DNA of 64,000 nucleotides, taken from Verrucomicrobiota bacterium. GTDB taxonomy: Bacteria; Verrucomicrobiota; Verrucomicrobiia; Opitutales; Coraliomargaritaceae. The stretch covers positions 1 through 64,000 of the forward strand of contig JBCBZJ010000019.1 of NCBI GenBank assembly GCA_039815375.1, read 5' to 3'. The notes below the pieces were generated by a model. That model was not told the origin of the DNA. It saw only the letters and a program-made list of their open reading frames with translations, and made no database searches. Shown one piece after another: positions 19,449-30,116 of the stretch. The translations under genes and the position numbers were made by a program. The stretch's first letter is position 1, and every line of letters starts with the position of its first letter.

Positions 19449-19752
19449 TAGTAATGTTATTCAGTGCGTAGATTGGGATTTTGATAACATAAGTTATCAA
19501 TTCCTATTTTAACCAATCGCATCCAAGTCTGGCTCAATAGCTTTTAAAAATAAATGCCAGTTAATTTATCTAGGCAGCACCTAGTTCAGTTCCACCAGTC
19601 ATAACGAAGCAATATTAAACTGATTGGCCTTTTTTCGCAGTATTTGCTGTCTCGCGAAACAAAAGAATTCCCCAAAGCAGTGTCTAATTGCCCCACTCCC
19701 AAGGTTGTCTTACATGGAAAGAGGTAAAGCAGCCTATCTATCAAAGGATACG

Positions 19753-20427
19753 CTAATCAATTTTACGGATCTTAATATTTCTCCAAGAAGACGACAGGAT
19801 CTCTTTAGCCTCTGTTCCCTTGATGCGTGGATAACCGTGTAATTGTAACGCAATCACACCCTCCAGTTCTATCTTATCATGAGTCGCGTCAGCCAATGGC
19901 TGTCCGTTAAGCCATGTCTTGATGTTCTTACCTTTGGCAACAACTCTGAAATGATTCCATTCATTGGCTTTTAAAAGTGTCGCGGATTTCGGTATATCTT
20001 TACTGAGCCACGTGCGCAGACCTTGACCGAAAATGTAACCAGTCTTGTTTAAGCCGTTTTGTATTTCTACCTGAGCACCGATCATCGTGCCTTTTGGTGT
20101 GCTACGCAACTGCACACCACTATTTAGGTCTTTGTCCACTTTGCACTCAAAAATAAGCTCGAAGTCTTTGAACTGTTCCGTTGTCGCTAAGAAAGCCGTC
20201 GGATTGGAGGGCATTCGAGTCCGACCGACAATGGCACCATCCTCGGCGTCGAAGGTGGGCGCGTTATCCCCTTCCTTGCCACGAAACTCCCAGCCATTTA
20301 GGGTCTCACCGTCAAAGAGAAGTCGCCATCCTTCTCCCTCCTGAGGCGCCTCAGCGGCTGCCGTGCCGACAAGGGATCCAAGCAACAGTGTAAAAATTCC
20401 AATTCTTTTTAAGTTATATCGTTTCAT
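19753..20427 (-). CDS. DUF1080 (3-keto-disaccharide hydrolase-like) secreted protein
   Basis: Signal peptide; motifs LFDGETLNGW, DFEL, NSGVQLRS, WNHFRV, GVIALQLH, WRNIKIR. Confidence 0.9.
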   Translation of the reverse strand: MKRYNLKRIGIFTLLLGSLVGTAAAEAPQEGEGWRLLFDGETLNGWEFRGKEGDNAPTFDAEDGAIVGRTRMPSNPTAFLATTEQFKDFELIFECKVDKDLNSGVQLRSTPKGTMIGAQVEIQNGLNKTGYIFGQGLRTWLSKDIPKSATLLKANEWNHFRVVAKGKNIKTWLNGQPLADATHDKIELEGVIALQLHGYPRIKGTEAKEILSSSWRNIKIRKID

Positions 20428-20770
20428 AGATTCTTAGGAGTAGTTTTCATTTCTCTCATTGAGCAGAAAACATTAGATTGATCATTACTATCACATTATT
20501 CTCAGACGGCAGGCTAACACAATAGTTTCCCTAAATTTTTATCTCCCACATTAAAAACAAAGAAGCTGGAAGCATCTCCTCCAAACTGAATTCATAATTC
20601 CTTTAAAACGAAAATGCACTACCCCAATGAAAGTAAGCACGGCATCCTTTATGTATCTAAAGAATAAATCAGTTGGTCACATTTTGCGCTGGGAACAACT
20701 TAAAGTAAACTCGCAGAAGTGCTGAAGAGAAACACCTGAAGTATCAGAGGGCAAGCAAAGCCATGTATGC

Positions 20771-22303
20771 TTAGTTTGTGAAGAACAGGCTTACTTGATC
20801 GAGAACAGGTTTTGCAGCATTTTCTGTTGTATCGGTCATACGTAATTCGAACTGGAAGCCATAGCCCGCCGGAAGGCTGGACAGATCAAGAGAGGCGGGC
20901 TCAACTGCAATTTGTTTAGCGAAACCTTCGATATGATCGTAGCGTTCCTTCACCATTTGCCAATCAGTCCATTGGTCGACTTTGCCATCCTTACTGCTAT
21001 CGACTCCTACACGCACTTCGACCTTCTCGACCCATGGCCCTGGACTAACGAAATCCTGAGGTGTTTGCGTGATTAGATAGAACTGGCCTTCTGCAAAGGT
21101 AATATCCGGATCCGGATGGCCACTTCCAACGTGGTGAAAGAATTCGAACGGCCCCTCAATACTTGACGAGGTAAATATCGCAGTGCTCATTTCCTTCTTC
21201 TTACCTGCCGGATGGAAGTCGCCGAAGAGATAATACTGACCGCCAACAGATATCGCAGCCCAGTCGCCATAGGCATCCTGCACAGGCTCGTGGACTTCGT
21301 AGCTTGCTAGATTCGTGGGATAGTTCTCGGGGTCCGACTCGTGCCAGTGAGGATGCTTGTGCTCACGTATTTCGCCGGTCGGATTGGTCCGGTGGTCAAC
21401 GACCGGAGCCATGATCTTAAAATCATTAATACCGTCATCACTAACCGAGCGTCCAGCTAGTGGAGAATCCCATGAGTGCTTGGACGCATTGATTGGAGAC
21501 CAGTCTTCGTAAATGAGATGGAACTTGCCATCAAGGTCGCGGATAATCCCGCAATCAGAGCCGTTGGAAGGATCCTTAAAGACCAAACCGATATCCTTGC
21601 CCGGCAAACCGTCGGTCGGATCTTCATCAATCACGAGGTGCGGATCCTGATCATTCGGAAAGTCATAGTAGATGTAAAACTTTCCGTCCACGTACTCAGC
21701 TGTAGTCGTCCAATTGGCACGCGCCGGTGCGACTGGCCCATGGTGCACCCATTTGATCATATCACGACTTTGCCATGCATGATAGCCACCAGTCTTAGGT
21801 TGAAGACCACCGGGCGAATCAAACTGATTTGGATACGGTGTCGTTTTTAAAGGAACATCAAAACCTTCCAGAGTTGCGTCTTCGGCAGCAAAGGGTTCCA
21901 CCATCTCGACTTTGGTTTTCTTGTTTTTCTTACCTCCGAAAGCCTGGTAAGCGCCGAACATCCAATAATTATCCGGACCAATCGAAAGTATCACTGGTGC
22001 ATTTCCAAGGTTCTCCGGGCCGACCGGCTTGGTGGAATTCCAATTCATCCATTCCGGTGTTTGCTTGATCGTAATCGACGAAGCCTTGGTCTTTGATTCA
22101 AATTGGCGAAGAACACTGGTATAGCTGGCTGTCTTCATAGACGGTTCAACGTAGCCATTTTCAAAGGACAAACCTTCTGAACTCTGCACCGAGGCATTCC
22201 ATTCCTCCGCAGTGTTAATATGCCAGATTTCCTTGGCCTGTGTAGATACTGTCGAGGCAAGAACCAGCGCAGTCAATGAAGCATTACGTGGGATAATTTT
22301 CAT
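20771..22303 (-). CDS. Secreted uncharacterised protein with five-bladed beta-propeller glycoside-hydrolase-like (GH43/32 clan) core
   Basis: Signal peptide ending TQA; propeller-like blades (W.S.DM..W.HHG, GKFYIYYD, DGKFHLIYED, GGQYYLFGD, HPDPDI...GQFYL). Confidence 0.55.
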   Translation of the reverse strand: MKIIPRNASLTALVLASTVSTQAKEIWHINTAEEWNASVQSSEGLSFENGYVEPSMKTASYTSVLRQFESKTKASSITIKQTPEWMNWNSTKPVGPENLGNAPVILSIGPDNYWMFGAYQAFGGKKNKKTKVEMVEPFAAEDATLEGFDVPLKTTPYPNQFDSPGGLQPKTGGYHAWQSRDMIKWVHHGPVAPARANWTTTAEYVDGKFYIYYDFPNDQDPHLVIDEDPTDGLPGKDIGLVFKDPSNGSDCGIIRDLDGKFHLIYEDWSPINASKHSWDSPLAGRSVSDDGINDFKIMAPVVDHRTNPTGEIREHKHPHWHESDPENYPTNLASYEVHEPVQDAYGDWAAISVGGQYYLFGDFHPAGKKKEMSTAIFTSSSIEGPFEFFHHVGSGHPDPDITFAEGQFYLITQTPQDFVSPGPWVEKVEVRVGVDSSKDGKVDQWTDWQMVKERYDHIEGFAKQIAVEPASLDLSSLPAGYGFQFELRMTDTTENAAKPVLDQVSLFFTN

Positions 22304-22526
22304 AGGTAACGTTAAAGCAGCGGATCAGAGTCTTGGAGTTGTTACAAACTACAGCAACCATTTAAGCGGAAAAACAAATGTTTCGTAATTGCCTAAAAGC
22401 CCCTCCAACTACCTTTCTTGTCGTTTGTCTGATAAGACAATGCAGCCTCGATTTCCATCTACAGAAAAGAGCTGCACTCACGTAAGGCGAAACCTCAAAA
22501 ACAAGCCTAATAGTTTGGCTTCTTTA

Positions 22527-24002
22527 TTAATTTAACGGAATGTCCTTTTTGATCGCATCCAACCAATCTTCTAAATCAGCCTGTAATGTGCTGACGATTT
22601 CCGGATACTCGGCAGCAATGTCTCTACGTTGAAATTCATCCCTGCGGATATCATAGAGGCTGAAACTTTTCGTCTTCTCGTTCGTGACCAGCAGATAATC
22701 TTTGGTTAGCCAGGAAACCATCTTCGCATATTTGAAACCAATCGCATGGTCACGTTCCGTCGCGGAATCTTCTATCACCGGACGCAGGCTAATGCCGTCG
22801 AGTGGCTTCTGGTTCGGCACAGTGACCTGAAGATAATCCAAAATGGTCGGATAATAGTCGCTGGTGACAGCTTGAAACTGAGTCGCCCTGCCCTGCTTAA
22901 CCTTCGTCGGCCATTCAAGGATCCCCGGCACTTGCACGCCACCGAAATTCAAGCTGCGCTTACGCTCGAGATAACCACCTGCACGGATAGACCTTCGAGT
23001 GCTGGTTTCATTTGGCGAATTCACCCCATTCTCCGGCCCATTGTCGCTGGTAAACCAAATCATCGTATTCTCATGGACGCCAAGCTTTCTAAGATGGCTA
23101 CGGAGCATGCCAATGGCATCGTCCATATCCTCAATGCAGTCTTTGGCTGGGTCCGGGGAATCAACTGCTTCAACGCCCTCAGGGTCAGGAATGGGCTTGT
23201 GTGGTGTGTGAAACCAAACAACAGCAAAAAAGGGATCCTCAGCCTTGACTGCTCGACTGATGAATTCGTTAGCTTCACGAACGATCAAGCGCGAGTCATC
23301 TCCATCTTCGGGATTGTTGATTTCATCACATAAAGCTACTTTACCCTCTTTTGCAGCCAACGGATCACCGTCTGGCATGCGCCAATAGTGGGTGCCATAA
23401 AAATTCTTATCCTCAAAATCAACCGGAAGCGCTAAATCATTCTTTACTATCCGGTAAGGATGCCATGTAGGGACTTTAGACTCAGTGACCAGACACTCAT
23501 CATAGCCGTGATGCCAGGGGCCAGAGTAATGTGCAGTTTTCCCTCGTCTTCCACGGTTTGCATCCCTTCGCAGGGTCGTTAAGGTTCCAAGATGCCACTT
23601 TCCAAAGTGACCGGTTGTGTAGCCTTTACTCTTCAAGACTTCGGAAAGCGTTGTTTCGTCCATCCTCAGCTTGCCGGTGTTGGCCCCGGGCACGCCGACA
23701 CGGATTGGATTGCGGCCAGTCAGGCAGCTGGCTCGAGTGGGTGAACAAACTGCGGAGGCGGAGTAAAAGCGGTCAAAAACCAAACCATTCGCCGCCATCG
23801 CATCCAAGTTGGGCGTTTGGATCCAGCCACGGTCGGGGTGCGGCGTTATCCCATCTTCGAGGAAAACTTTCCTGCTATTGTAAGAAGGGTCTCCCCAGCC
23901 CAAATCGTCGGCCATAATCAGGATGATGTTCGGCCGCTCCTGCGCATTTGTGAATGCGCACACACCAATGAGCAAAACTAGGATTGAGGTAAAATGGAGC
24001 AT
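22527..24002 (-). CDS. Sulfatase (S1, Cys-type)
   Basis: Motifs PNIILIMADDLG, CSPTRASCLTG, GKWHLG, SDNG. An alternative TTG start at 24053 overlaps the upstream stop. Confidence 0.93.
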   Translation of the reverse strand: MLHFTSILVLLIGVCAFTNAQERPNIILIMADDLGWGDPSYNSRKVFLEDGITPHPDRGWIQTPNLDAMAANGLVFDRFYSASAVCSPTRASCLTGRNPIRVGVPGANTGKLRMDETTLSEVLKSKGYTTGHFGKWHLGTLTTLRRDANRGRRGKTAHYSGPWHHGYDECLVTESKVPTWHPYRIVKNDLALPVDFEDKNFYGTHYWRMPDGDPLAAKEGKVALCDEINNPEDGDDSRLIVREANEFISRAVKAEDPFFAVVWFHTPHKPIPDPEGVEAVDSPDPAKDCIEDMDDAIGMLRSHLRKLGVHENTMIWFTSDNGPENGVNSPNETSTRRSIRAGGYLERKRSLNFGGVQVPGILEWPTKVKQGRATQFQAVTSDYYPTILDYLQVTVPNQKPLDGISLRPVIEDSATERDHAIGFKYAKMVSWLTKDYLLVTNEKTKSFSLYDIRRDEFQRRDIAAEYPEIVSTLQADLEDWLDAIKKDIPLN

Positions 24003-24049
24003 CACTGACTTAGTAATCGTGCAATTTTTCGGCTGATCAAGCGTGAGCG

Positions 24050-25381
24050 TCAAGTCCGCTTCTCTACACCTGCAGTCACTTCATCGAGCCATGTATGAGC
24101 TGCTTCAAGAAGCTCGCTCACCAGCTCAGGGTGGGAGTCTGCAATATCGGTTGTCTCACCTATATCATCCCTCAGATTATAAAGTTCAGCTTTTGTGAAA
24201 TTCTCATTGGCAATCAGTTTGAAGTCGCCACGACGGACCGCGACCTGCCCCTTGATTCCCCAATAAAGTTGGCGTTGTGGCAACGGCTCCGCATTTTTGA
24301 GGTGCGGTAGAAGGCTCACACCGTCAATCTCTACACCCTCTGGTATGGATGCCCCCGATATCTCAGAGAACGTCGGGAACAGGTCTGCGCCCATAAGCGT
24401 CTCATTAGAGATCCGCCCCGCTTCAATAATCCCCGGCCAGAAGGCAACTGTCGGCACACGATGACCGCCCTCGTAAAAGCTACCTTTCTTTTCCCTCAGT
24501 GGACCTGCAGACCCTGGCCCTGCAGGTCCATTATCGGATGAAAAAATAATCAGGGTGTTATGACTCAGACCGGCGTCCTCAACTGCCTGCCGGATATGGC
24601 CAATCCCCTCGTCCATCACTTCTATCATTTCCTTATAAACCTCGGGGGTCGCCTTATCTTTGTCTTTATCTCTACCCTCACCCGGGATATAGACTGGTGG
24701 TGTGCTTCGTCCTTGGTATGGATAGTGAGGAGACTCGTGAGCAATATAGAGCAAAAATGGCCTGCCCTTACCCAACACTGAGTTCGTCGAAGCGTTGCGC
24801 TTGATAAATTCGACGCTATGTTTAGTAATGAGATCAGTGGTATAGCCGTCCTCAGGCTCAAGTTGATCCTGCTTCCACCAGTCCTCAATTCCTGTTTGGT
24901 CAATGTGAATATGGAAATCCACATTGCCGCTAACGAAGCCGATAAACTCGTCGAAACCCTGTCGGATCGGATTGTATTTCGGATCGTATCCAAGGTGCCA
25001 TTTACCAAACAAGGCTGTCCTGTAACCCGCAGGCTTAACTAGCTCAGCAATGGTAATTTCCTTTAAAGGAAGTCCGGTGTCGCGATGCCCCCTGGCGGTA
25101 ACCACACCGCTGATACCTGTGCGCTGTTGATAACGCCCGGTCATTAGCGCAGCACGGGTCGGACTACAAACGGCTCCGTTCGAATGAAAATCGGTAAAGC
25201 GGATACCATCCCGTGCGAGCGCATCGATATTGGGTGTCTCAATGCGATCATTGCCGAAGCAAGCGATGTCTTCATAGCCGAGGTCATCTGCCAAAATAAC
25301 AATGATGTTAGGTCTGGTTTCGGCCCAGCTCGTTACAACAAACAGGCAGAAAGCTGCTAAGATACGTATTGGGTGAATCAT
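24050..25381 (-). CDS. Sulfatase (S1, Cys-type)
   Basis: Motifs PNIIVILADDLG, CSPTRAALMTG, GKWHLG, SDNG, YEGGHRVP; signal peptide from ATG 25381. Confidence 0.94.
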   Translation of the reverse strand: MIHPIRILAAFCLFVVTSWAETRPNIIVILADDLGYEDIACFGNDRIETPNIDALARDGIRFTDFHSNGAVCSPTRAALMTGRYQQRTGISGVVTARGHRDTGLPLKEITIAELVKPAGYRTALFGKWHLGYDPKYNPIRQGFDEFIGFVSGNVDFHIHIDQTGIEDWWKQDQLEPEDGYTTDLITKHSVEFIKRNASTNSVLGKGRPFLLYIAHESPHYPYQGRSTPPVYIPGEGRDKDKDKATPEVYKEMIEVMDEGIGHIRQAVEDAGLSHNTLIIFSSDNGPAGPGSAGPLREKKGSFYEGGHRVPTVAFWPGIIEAGRISNETLMGADLFPTFSEISGASIPEGVEIDGVSLLPHLKNAEPLPQRQLYWGIKGQVAVRRGDFKLIANENFTKAELYNLRDDIGETTDIADSHPELVSELLEAAHTWLDEVTAGVEKRT

Positions 25382-25487
25382 TGAATTATAGCTATGAACG
25401 ACTATTCCCGTGAACCTGCTTTGTCTAAGCTTCCATCGGTTAATCTTTTCCAAGTATTGATCAGGATATTTTCATTGTACACTGTTT

Positions 25488-27008
25488 CTAATTGTTCATC
25501 CAAACCGTCTGTTTCCAACGATTCCTGCCCTCATGGTTATCCTGCGGCACACCTGGCGTGCTTCGACCTTGAGCAATAATGTCGGTAATCAGAGCTGTGA
25601 GCTCTTTCTCCACTTCGGGATGGCTTGCTATCAAATTGTTCGTCTCTCCCGGATCAGCTTCAAGATCGTAGAGCTGGTATTTTGGTAAAGCTTGCTTGGC
25701 AGCTTCTTTCTCATTGGGCGAAGTCCATCCACCCGAGCCGGCACAAAACAGGAGTTTCCACTTACCTTTGCGAATCGCAAAGAGCCCGGAAACGGAATGA
25801 CTAACCAAATGGTCACGATTGTCCGCATGCTCTTTGCCTTTCAACGCAGCAAGGAAGCTGATGCTATCCTCACCCGCATTTTCCGGCAGCTCATAGTCAA
25901 GAATTTCAGCTACAGTCGCGAAGATGTCGCCTAGCAGAGTCAAGCGATCCGAGCGTGTGCCTGCCTCGATCTCCTGTGGCCAGCGGACGAGATGCGGCAC
26001 CCGAAGGCCTCCTTCCCATATATCAGCCTTACTCCCACGGTAGATGTAACTGGGGTAATGTCCCATCTCCTGAAGTCCATTAATATCTGCTCTGCGCGAA
26101 CAACCATTGTCAGCAGTAAAGATGACGATGGTGTTTTCCGCGATACCTTTCACATCAAGTGCATCAAGTATACGCCCAACACCTGCATCGGTTTGCATGC
26201 AAAAGTCCGCGTATGAGTTGAGGCCGCTTTGCCCCTGCCATTCTTCTGTTGGAAGAATCGGTGTGTGCGGACTTGTCAGCGGCACATACAGACAGAATGG
26301 TTTCTTGGCGTCGGCCTTCAGGATATAGGTAGCTGCCCGGTCACAGAACTCATCTAGTGTTCGATAGGGATCAAAGTCGTCTGCAATCGGTCCCATCCGA
26401 AAAAGTGCACCTTTCGGGACCTCTTTCCCTGGCTTAGTCATCCTAACATCTGTAGATGTATAATGATTATTCTCAATGTAGACGTAAGGAGGCATATCGA
26501 GAGAGGCACCGTGCCCCCAGAAATAATTGAAACCATTACTGGTCGGTGTGCGTTCGATGCGCTTTGACCAATCAATAGGCTTATTCTTTCCTGTCTTGTC
26601 TGCAAAAGGAAGCCCCATCCCGAGATGCCACTTTCCGATCATCGCCGTTGCATAGCCTTGCTGCTGGTAGAGCGTAGCGAAAGTCAGGCGATCCTCTTTA
26701 ATTAGAGGCTGTCCGTAGCCGTATAGCACGCCGCTCTTAAGATGTGTGCGCCAATTATAACGACCAGTTAAGACGTTGTAACGAGTCGGAGTGCAAACCG
26801 ACGAACTGCTATGCGCATCGGTGAAGATCATTCCCTCCTTGGCTAAACGATCAATATGAGGTGTCTGAATCTTCGATCCGAGGTTCAACGACGAGACGTC
26901 GCCGTAGCCCATATCGTCCACGAGAATGTAGACAAGATTTGGGACTTGTTTGGCCGATGCAATTGCAGCGAATCCTGCAATGAGAAACAAAATGAATATG
27001 TGCTTCAT
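25488..27008 (-). CDS. Arylsulfatase-type sulfatase (S1, Cys-type)
   Basis: Motifs DDMGYGD, CTPTRYNVLTGRY, GKWHLG, ADNG, WEGGLRVP; signal peptide. Confidence 0.94.
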   Translation of the reverse strand: MKHIFILFLIAGFAAIASAKQVPNLVYILVDDMGYGDVSSLNLGSKIQTPHIDRLAKEGMIFTDAHSSSSVCTPTRYNVLTGRYNWRTHLKSGVLYGYGQPLIKEDRLTFATLYQQQGYATAMIGKWHLGMGLPFADKTGKNKPIDWSKRIERTPTSNGFNYFWGHGASLDMPPYVYIENNHYTSTDVRMTKPGKEVPKGALFRMGPIADDFDPYRTLDEFCDRAATYILKADAKKPFCLYVPLTSPHTPILPTEEWQGQSGLNSYADFCMQTDAGVGRILDALDVKGIAENTIVIFTADNGCSRRADINGLQEMGHYPSYIYRGSKADIWEGGLRVPHLVRWPQEIEAGTRSDRLTLLGDIFATVAEILDYELPENAGEDSISFLAALKGKEHADNRDHLVSHSVSGLFAIRKGKWKLLFCAGSGGWTSPNEKEAAKQALPKYQLYDLEADPGETNNLIASHPEVEKELTALITDIIAQGRSTPGVPQDNHEGRNRWKQTVWMNN

Positions 27009-27048
27009 GAATTGTTGAATCCTGTGAGGCGCATTAAAGAACGGTCGT

Positions 27049-28170
27049 CTATTCTTTCACTCCCGGAATTTGGCTGAGGACAGGCACCAATTTCTTAATG
27101 GGGTTCGCCTGTAGAAGCTCAGCAGTTTCCTGAAGAATCGCATAGGCTTCCGGTTGAACAACACCGTTTCCATCCGGACCTACATTTAGTAGCAACGCAC
27201 CACCCTTCTCATTGATGTCCTTCAACTTACTATAGACGACTTCGGCGCTTTTCCAGGCATCATCACCCTTCTTGTATCCCCAGGATTTATTCATAGTATA
27301 ACAACCCTCCCAATACTTGTTAAATGCACTGCCGAAGTGCCGCTGCTCCTGCGTCACGAAATCCAACTCGAAGGTCTTTCGCTTAGCGACACGGTTGTTG
27401 ACGATGACATTGCTGTCAGCATCACGGATCGCGTTATAAAGCTCGATGCCATCTTTCATCGTCCACCAATTGACCCAGTCACCGTCAAACCAGAGCACTG
27501 CAGGATGATATTTCTCAATCAGCTCTAGCACTTGGCTGCGTTGATAATCCACATATTCTTGCTTGCGGTCGTCCTCAATCAGAGTCTGCCCCGCGGCACC
27601 CTCCTTGCCTAATTCGAAGGGCCTTGCTTGCGAGGGGTGGTGCCAATCAAGGATGCTGTAATAGAGTCCAAAACGAATGCTGTGTTTGTCACAGGCTTTC
27701 TTAAGCTCCATCAATAGATCACGGTCCTTAACCTGTGTGCTTGCGATATCGTAATCAGTATGCTCGCTATCCCAAAGGCAAAAACCATCATGATGCTTTG
27801 ATGTGATTACCAAATAAGTCATTCCAGCTTTCTTGGCTGCGGATACAATGGTTTCTGCGTCAAAGTCAGCTGGATTGAATTGTTTGGCCAGCTCTGCATA
27901 TTCATCGCGTGGAATGTCTAAGGTGCCCATGATCCATTCGGAATAGACACGACCCCCTTTGCCCTTCGTTGGAATTCTCTGGTCTTTCCATTCACCTCCA
28001 AGCATCGAATATAGACCGAAGTGAATGAACATGCCATATTGGACTTCCGCGAACCATTGAGTGCGGGCTTTGTAATCCTCAAAGGGCTCCGCTTTCAGTT
28101 CAGCTGCGAAAGAAGGCTGACAAATAGAAGCAATAACTGCGGAAAGAATGACTGGGGCCGATTTCTTCAT
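27049..28170 (-). CDS. Alpha-L-fucosidase, GH29
   Basis: Motifs GMFIHFG, TSKHHDGFCLW, YYS.LDW, LWFDG (nucleophile Asp), SWGY, LLNVGP; signal peptide from ATG 28170. Confidence 0.93.
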   Translation of the reverse strand: MKKSAPVILSAVIASICQPSFAAELKAEPFEDYKARTQWFAEVQYGMFIHFGLYSMLGGEWKDQRIPTKGKGGRVYSEWIMGTLDIPRDEYAELAKQFNPADFDAETIVSAAKKAGMTYLVITSKHHDGFCLWDSEHTDYDIASTQVKDRDLLMELKKACDKHSIRFGLYYSILDWHHPSQARPFELGKEGAAGQTLIEDDRKQEYVDYQRSQVLELIEKYHPAVLWFDGDWVNWWTMKDGIELYNAIRDADSNVIVNNRVAKRKTFELDFVTQEQRHFGSAFNKYWEGCYTMNKSWGYKKGDDAWKSAEVVYSKLKDINEKGGALLLNVGPDGNGVVQPEAYAILQETAELLQANPIKKLVPVLSQIPGVKE

Positions 28171-28289
28171 TTTTGGGGAGGGGAAGTAAAGATATAAAAC
28201 TAAAATTGTGAGTTGTGGATCGTTGTCGCAAACAATAAATCTACTCTTCAATCAGACATTGCCGTAGCGAAGCGCCCGATATTTTGATT

Positions 28290-30083
28290 ATGAGAGTTAC
28301 CCTTCCTATATCCATTCTTCTACCCCTTCTTCTCGCAACGGCTCTCCATGCTGCAAAGGCACCGCCTATGACGAGCCAGCCTGGCCTGAGTGCTACCGCA
28401 GGGTCGAAACCAAACGTAGTGGTCTTTTTATCCGACGACCAAGGCTGGGGCGACCTCTCAATCAACGGCAATAACGAACTGTCCACGCCTAACATCGATC
28501 GCTTGGCACGGGAAGGTGCGCGCTTCATGCAGTTCTACGTCCAGCCGGTCTGTTCCCCCACTCGTGCAGAATTCCTGACAGGGTGCTATCACCCACGCAG
28601 CAATGTCTATTCAACCAGCGCCGGAGGGGAACGCATGGATCTGGATAAAACGACGATCGCAGATGTATTTAGGAAAGCCGGCTACGCGACCGGTGCCTTC
28701 GGCAAGTGGCACAACGGAATGCAGTATCCTTACCACCCGAATGGGCGCGGATTCGACGAATTTTACGGATTTTGCTCCGGCCACTGGGGCAACTACTACG
28801 ACCCTATGCTAGAGCATAATGGAAAAATCGTTAGAGGTAAAGGCTTCTGTATCGACGACTTCACCGACAAGGCAATTGACTTTATTGAGCAGCATAAAGA
28901 TCAACCATTCTTCGTCTTTCTGCCCTACAACACGCCGCATTCCCCCATGCAAGTTCCCGACGAGTATTGGGAACGCTTTAAAGACAAGACGCTAACACTA
29001 CAAAAATACGACAACAACCATACCCGCTGCGCCCTGGCGATGTGTGAGAACATTGACTGGAACGTCGGCCGCGTGCTGCAAAAGCTCGAACAGCTCAATC
29101 TTAGTGAAGAGACTATCGTTGTTTATTTTAACGATAATGGCCCCAACGGTTCACGCTGGAACGACGGCCTCAAAGGCAAGAAAGGCTCGACCGATGAAGG
29201 TGGTGTCAAGTCGCCACTTCATATCCGTTACCCGAAAGGTATTCAGCCGGGAATACAACCTGTAGGCGTATCTGGCGCAATTGATTTGATGCCCACTCTG
29301 GCCGATCTAGCAGGTATCACCGATCAGCTGAATGTGCTCAGCCTTGATGGACTCTCGCAGGTTCATCAGTTGGAAGGCAAAGCACCGCACAAGGATCGTG
29401 TCATGGTTAACCACTGGAGAGGCAGACTGAGCGCACGGAACCAGCGCTTCCGACTTGATCAAAAGGGCAAGCTCTACGACATGAAGGAAGATCCGGGCCA
29501 ACTGCAACCGGTCAACCAGCTATACCCGGAAGTAGCCAAAGTTCTCGAGAAAGCAGTCCAAGACTACCGAAAAACAGTCTTGAGCGAACTAAAGGCCAAT
29601 AAACTCGACAGCCGTCCCTTCATTGTCGGACATCCCGATGCACGATACACTCACCTTCCTGCACGTGACGCAGAGGCCACAGGTAAGATCAAGCGCAGCA
29701 GCAAACACCCGAACGACTCCTTCTACACGAATTGGACGAGCAAAGATGAAAGCATTTTCTGGAATGCCGTGGTGCCCGCCTCCGGTCGCTTTCAAGTGAC
29801 GCTATATTATACCTGCCCACAAGGCTCTACCGGCTCGAAACTCATTTTGAAGTCGAGCGGGGACAATCTCACCTTTGTCATCGACGAGCCTCATGATCCA
29901 CCACTAGTCGGCAAAAGTGATGACCGCAGCTCGCGTTCAGAATCCTATGTTAAGGATTTCAAAGCCAAACCCATTGGTATTGTCGAACTCGCAGAAGGCC
30001 CACAAAAACTGGAGTTAGTCCCGCAGGAAATTCCCGGCGATCAAGTCATGGACTTCCGTTTGCTGGTGCTTGAGCGCTTGTAA
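28290..30083 (+). CDS. Sulfatase (S1, Cys-type) with C-terminal beta-sandwich domain
   Basis: Motifs SDDQGWGD, CSPTRAEFLTG, GKWHNG, DNGPN, plus an extra C-terminal CBM-like region. Confidence 0.92.
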   Translation: MRVTLPISILLPLLLATALHAAKAPPMTSQPGLSATAGSKPNVVVFLSDDQGWGDLSINGNNELSTPNIDRLAREGARFMQFYVQPVCSPTRAEFLTGCYHPRSNVYSTSAGGERMDLDKTTIADVFRKAGYATGAFGKWHNGMQYPYHPNGRGFDEFYGFCSGHWGNYYDPMLEHNGKIVRGKGFCIDDFTDKAIDFIEQHKDQPFFVFLPYNTPHSPMQVPDEYWERFKDKTLTLQKYDNNHTRCALAMCENIDWNVGRVLQKLEQLNLSEETIVVYFNDNGPNGSRWNDGLKGKKGSTDEGGVKSPLHIRYPKGIQPGIQPVGVSGAIDLMPTLADLAGITDQLNVLSLDGLSQVHQLEGKAPHKDRVMVNHWRGRLSARNQRFRLDQKGKLYDMKEDPGQLQPVNQLYPEVAKVLEKAVQDYRKTVLSELKANKLDSRPFIVGHPDARYTHLPARDAEATGKIKRSSKHPNDSFYTNWTSKDESIFWNAVVPASGRFQVTLYYTCPQGSTGSKLILKSSGDNLTFVIDEPHDPPLVGKSDDRSSRSESYVKDFKAKPIGIVELAEGPQKLELVPQEIPGDQVMDFRLLVLERL

Positions 30084-30116
30084 TCCCCAAACATCCTTTT
30101 TCTATACTTAAACATA

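Noticed and set aside
19481..19500. TTGATAAC-ATAA-GTTATCAA palindrome as an FNR or Fur site
   Set aside because: The spacing does not fit TTGAT-N4-ATCAA, and it lies between convergent 3' ends; at most a weak terminator hairpin.
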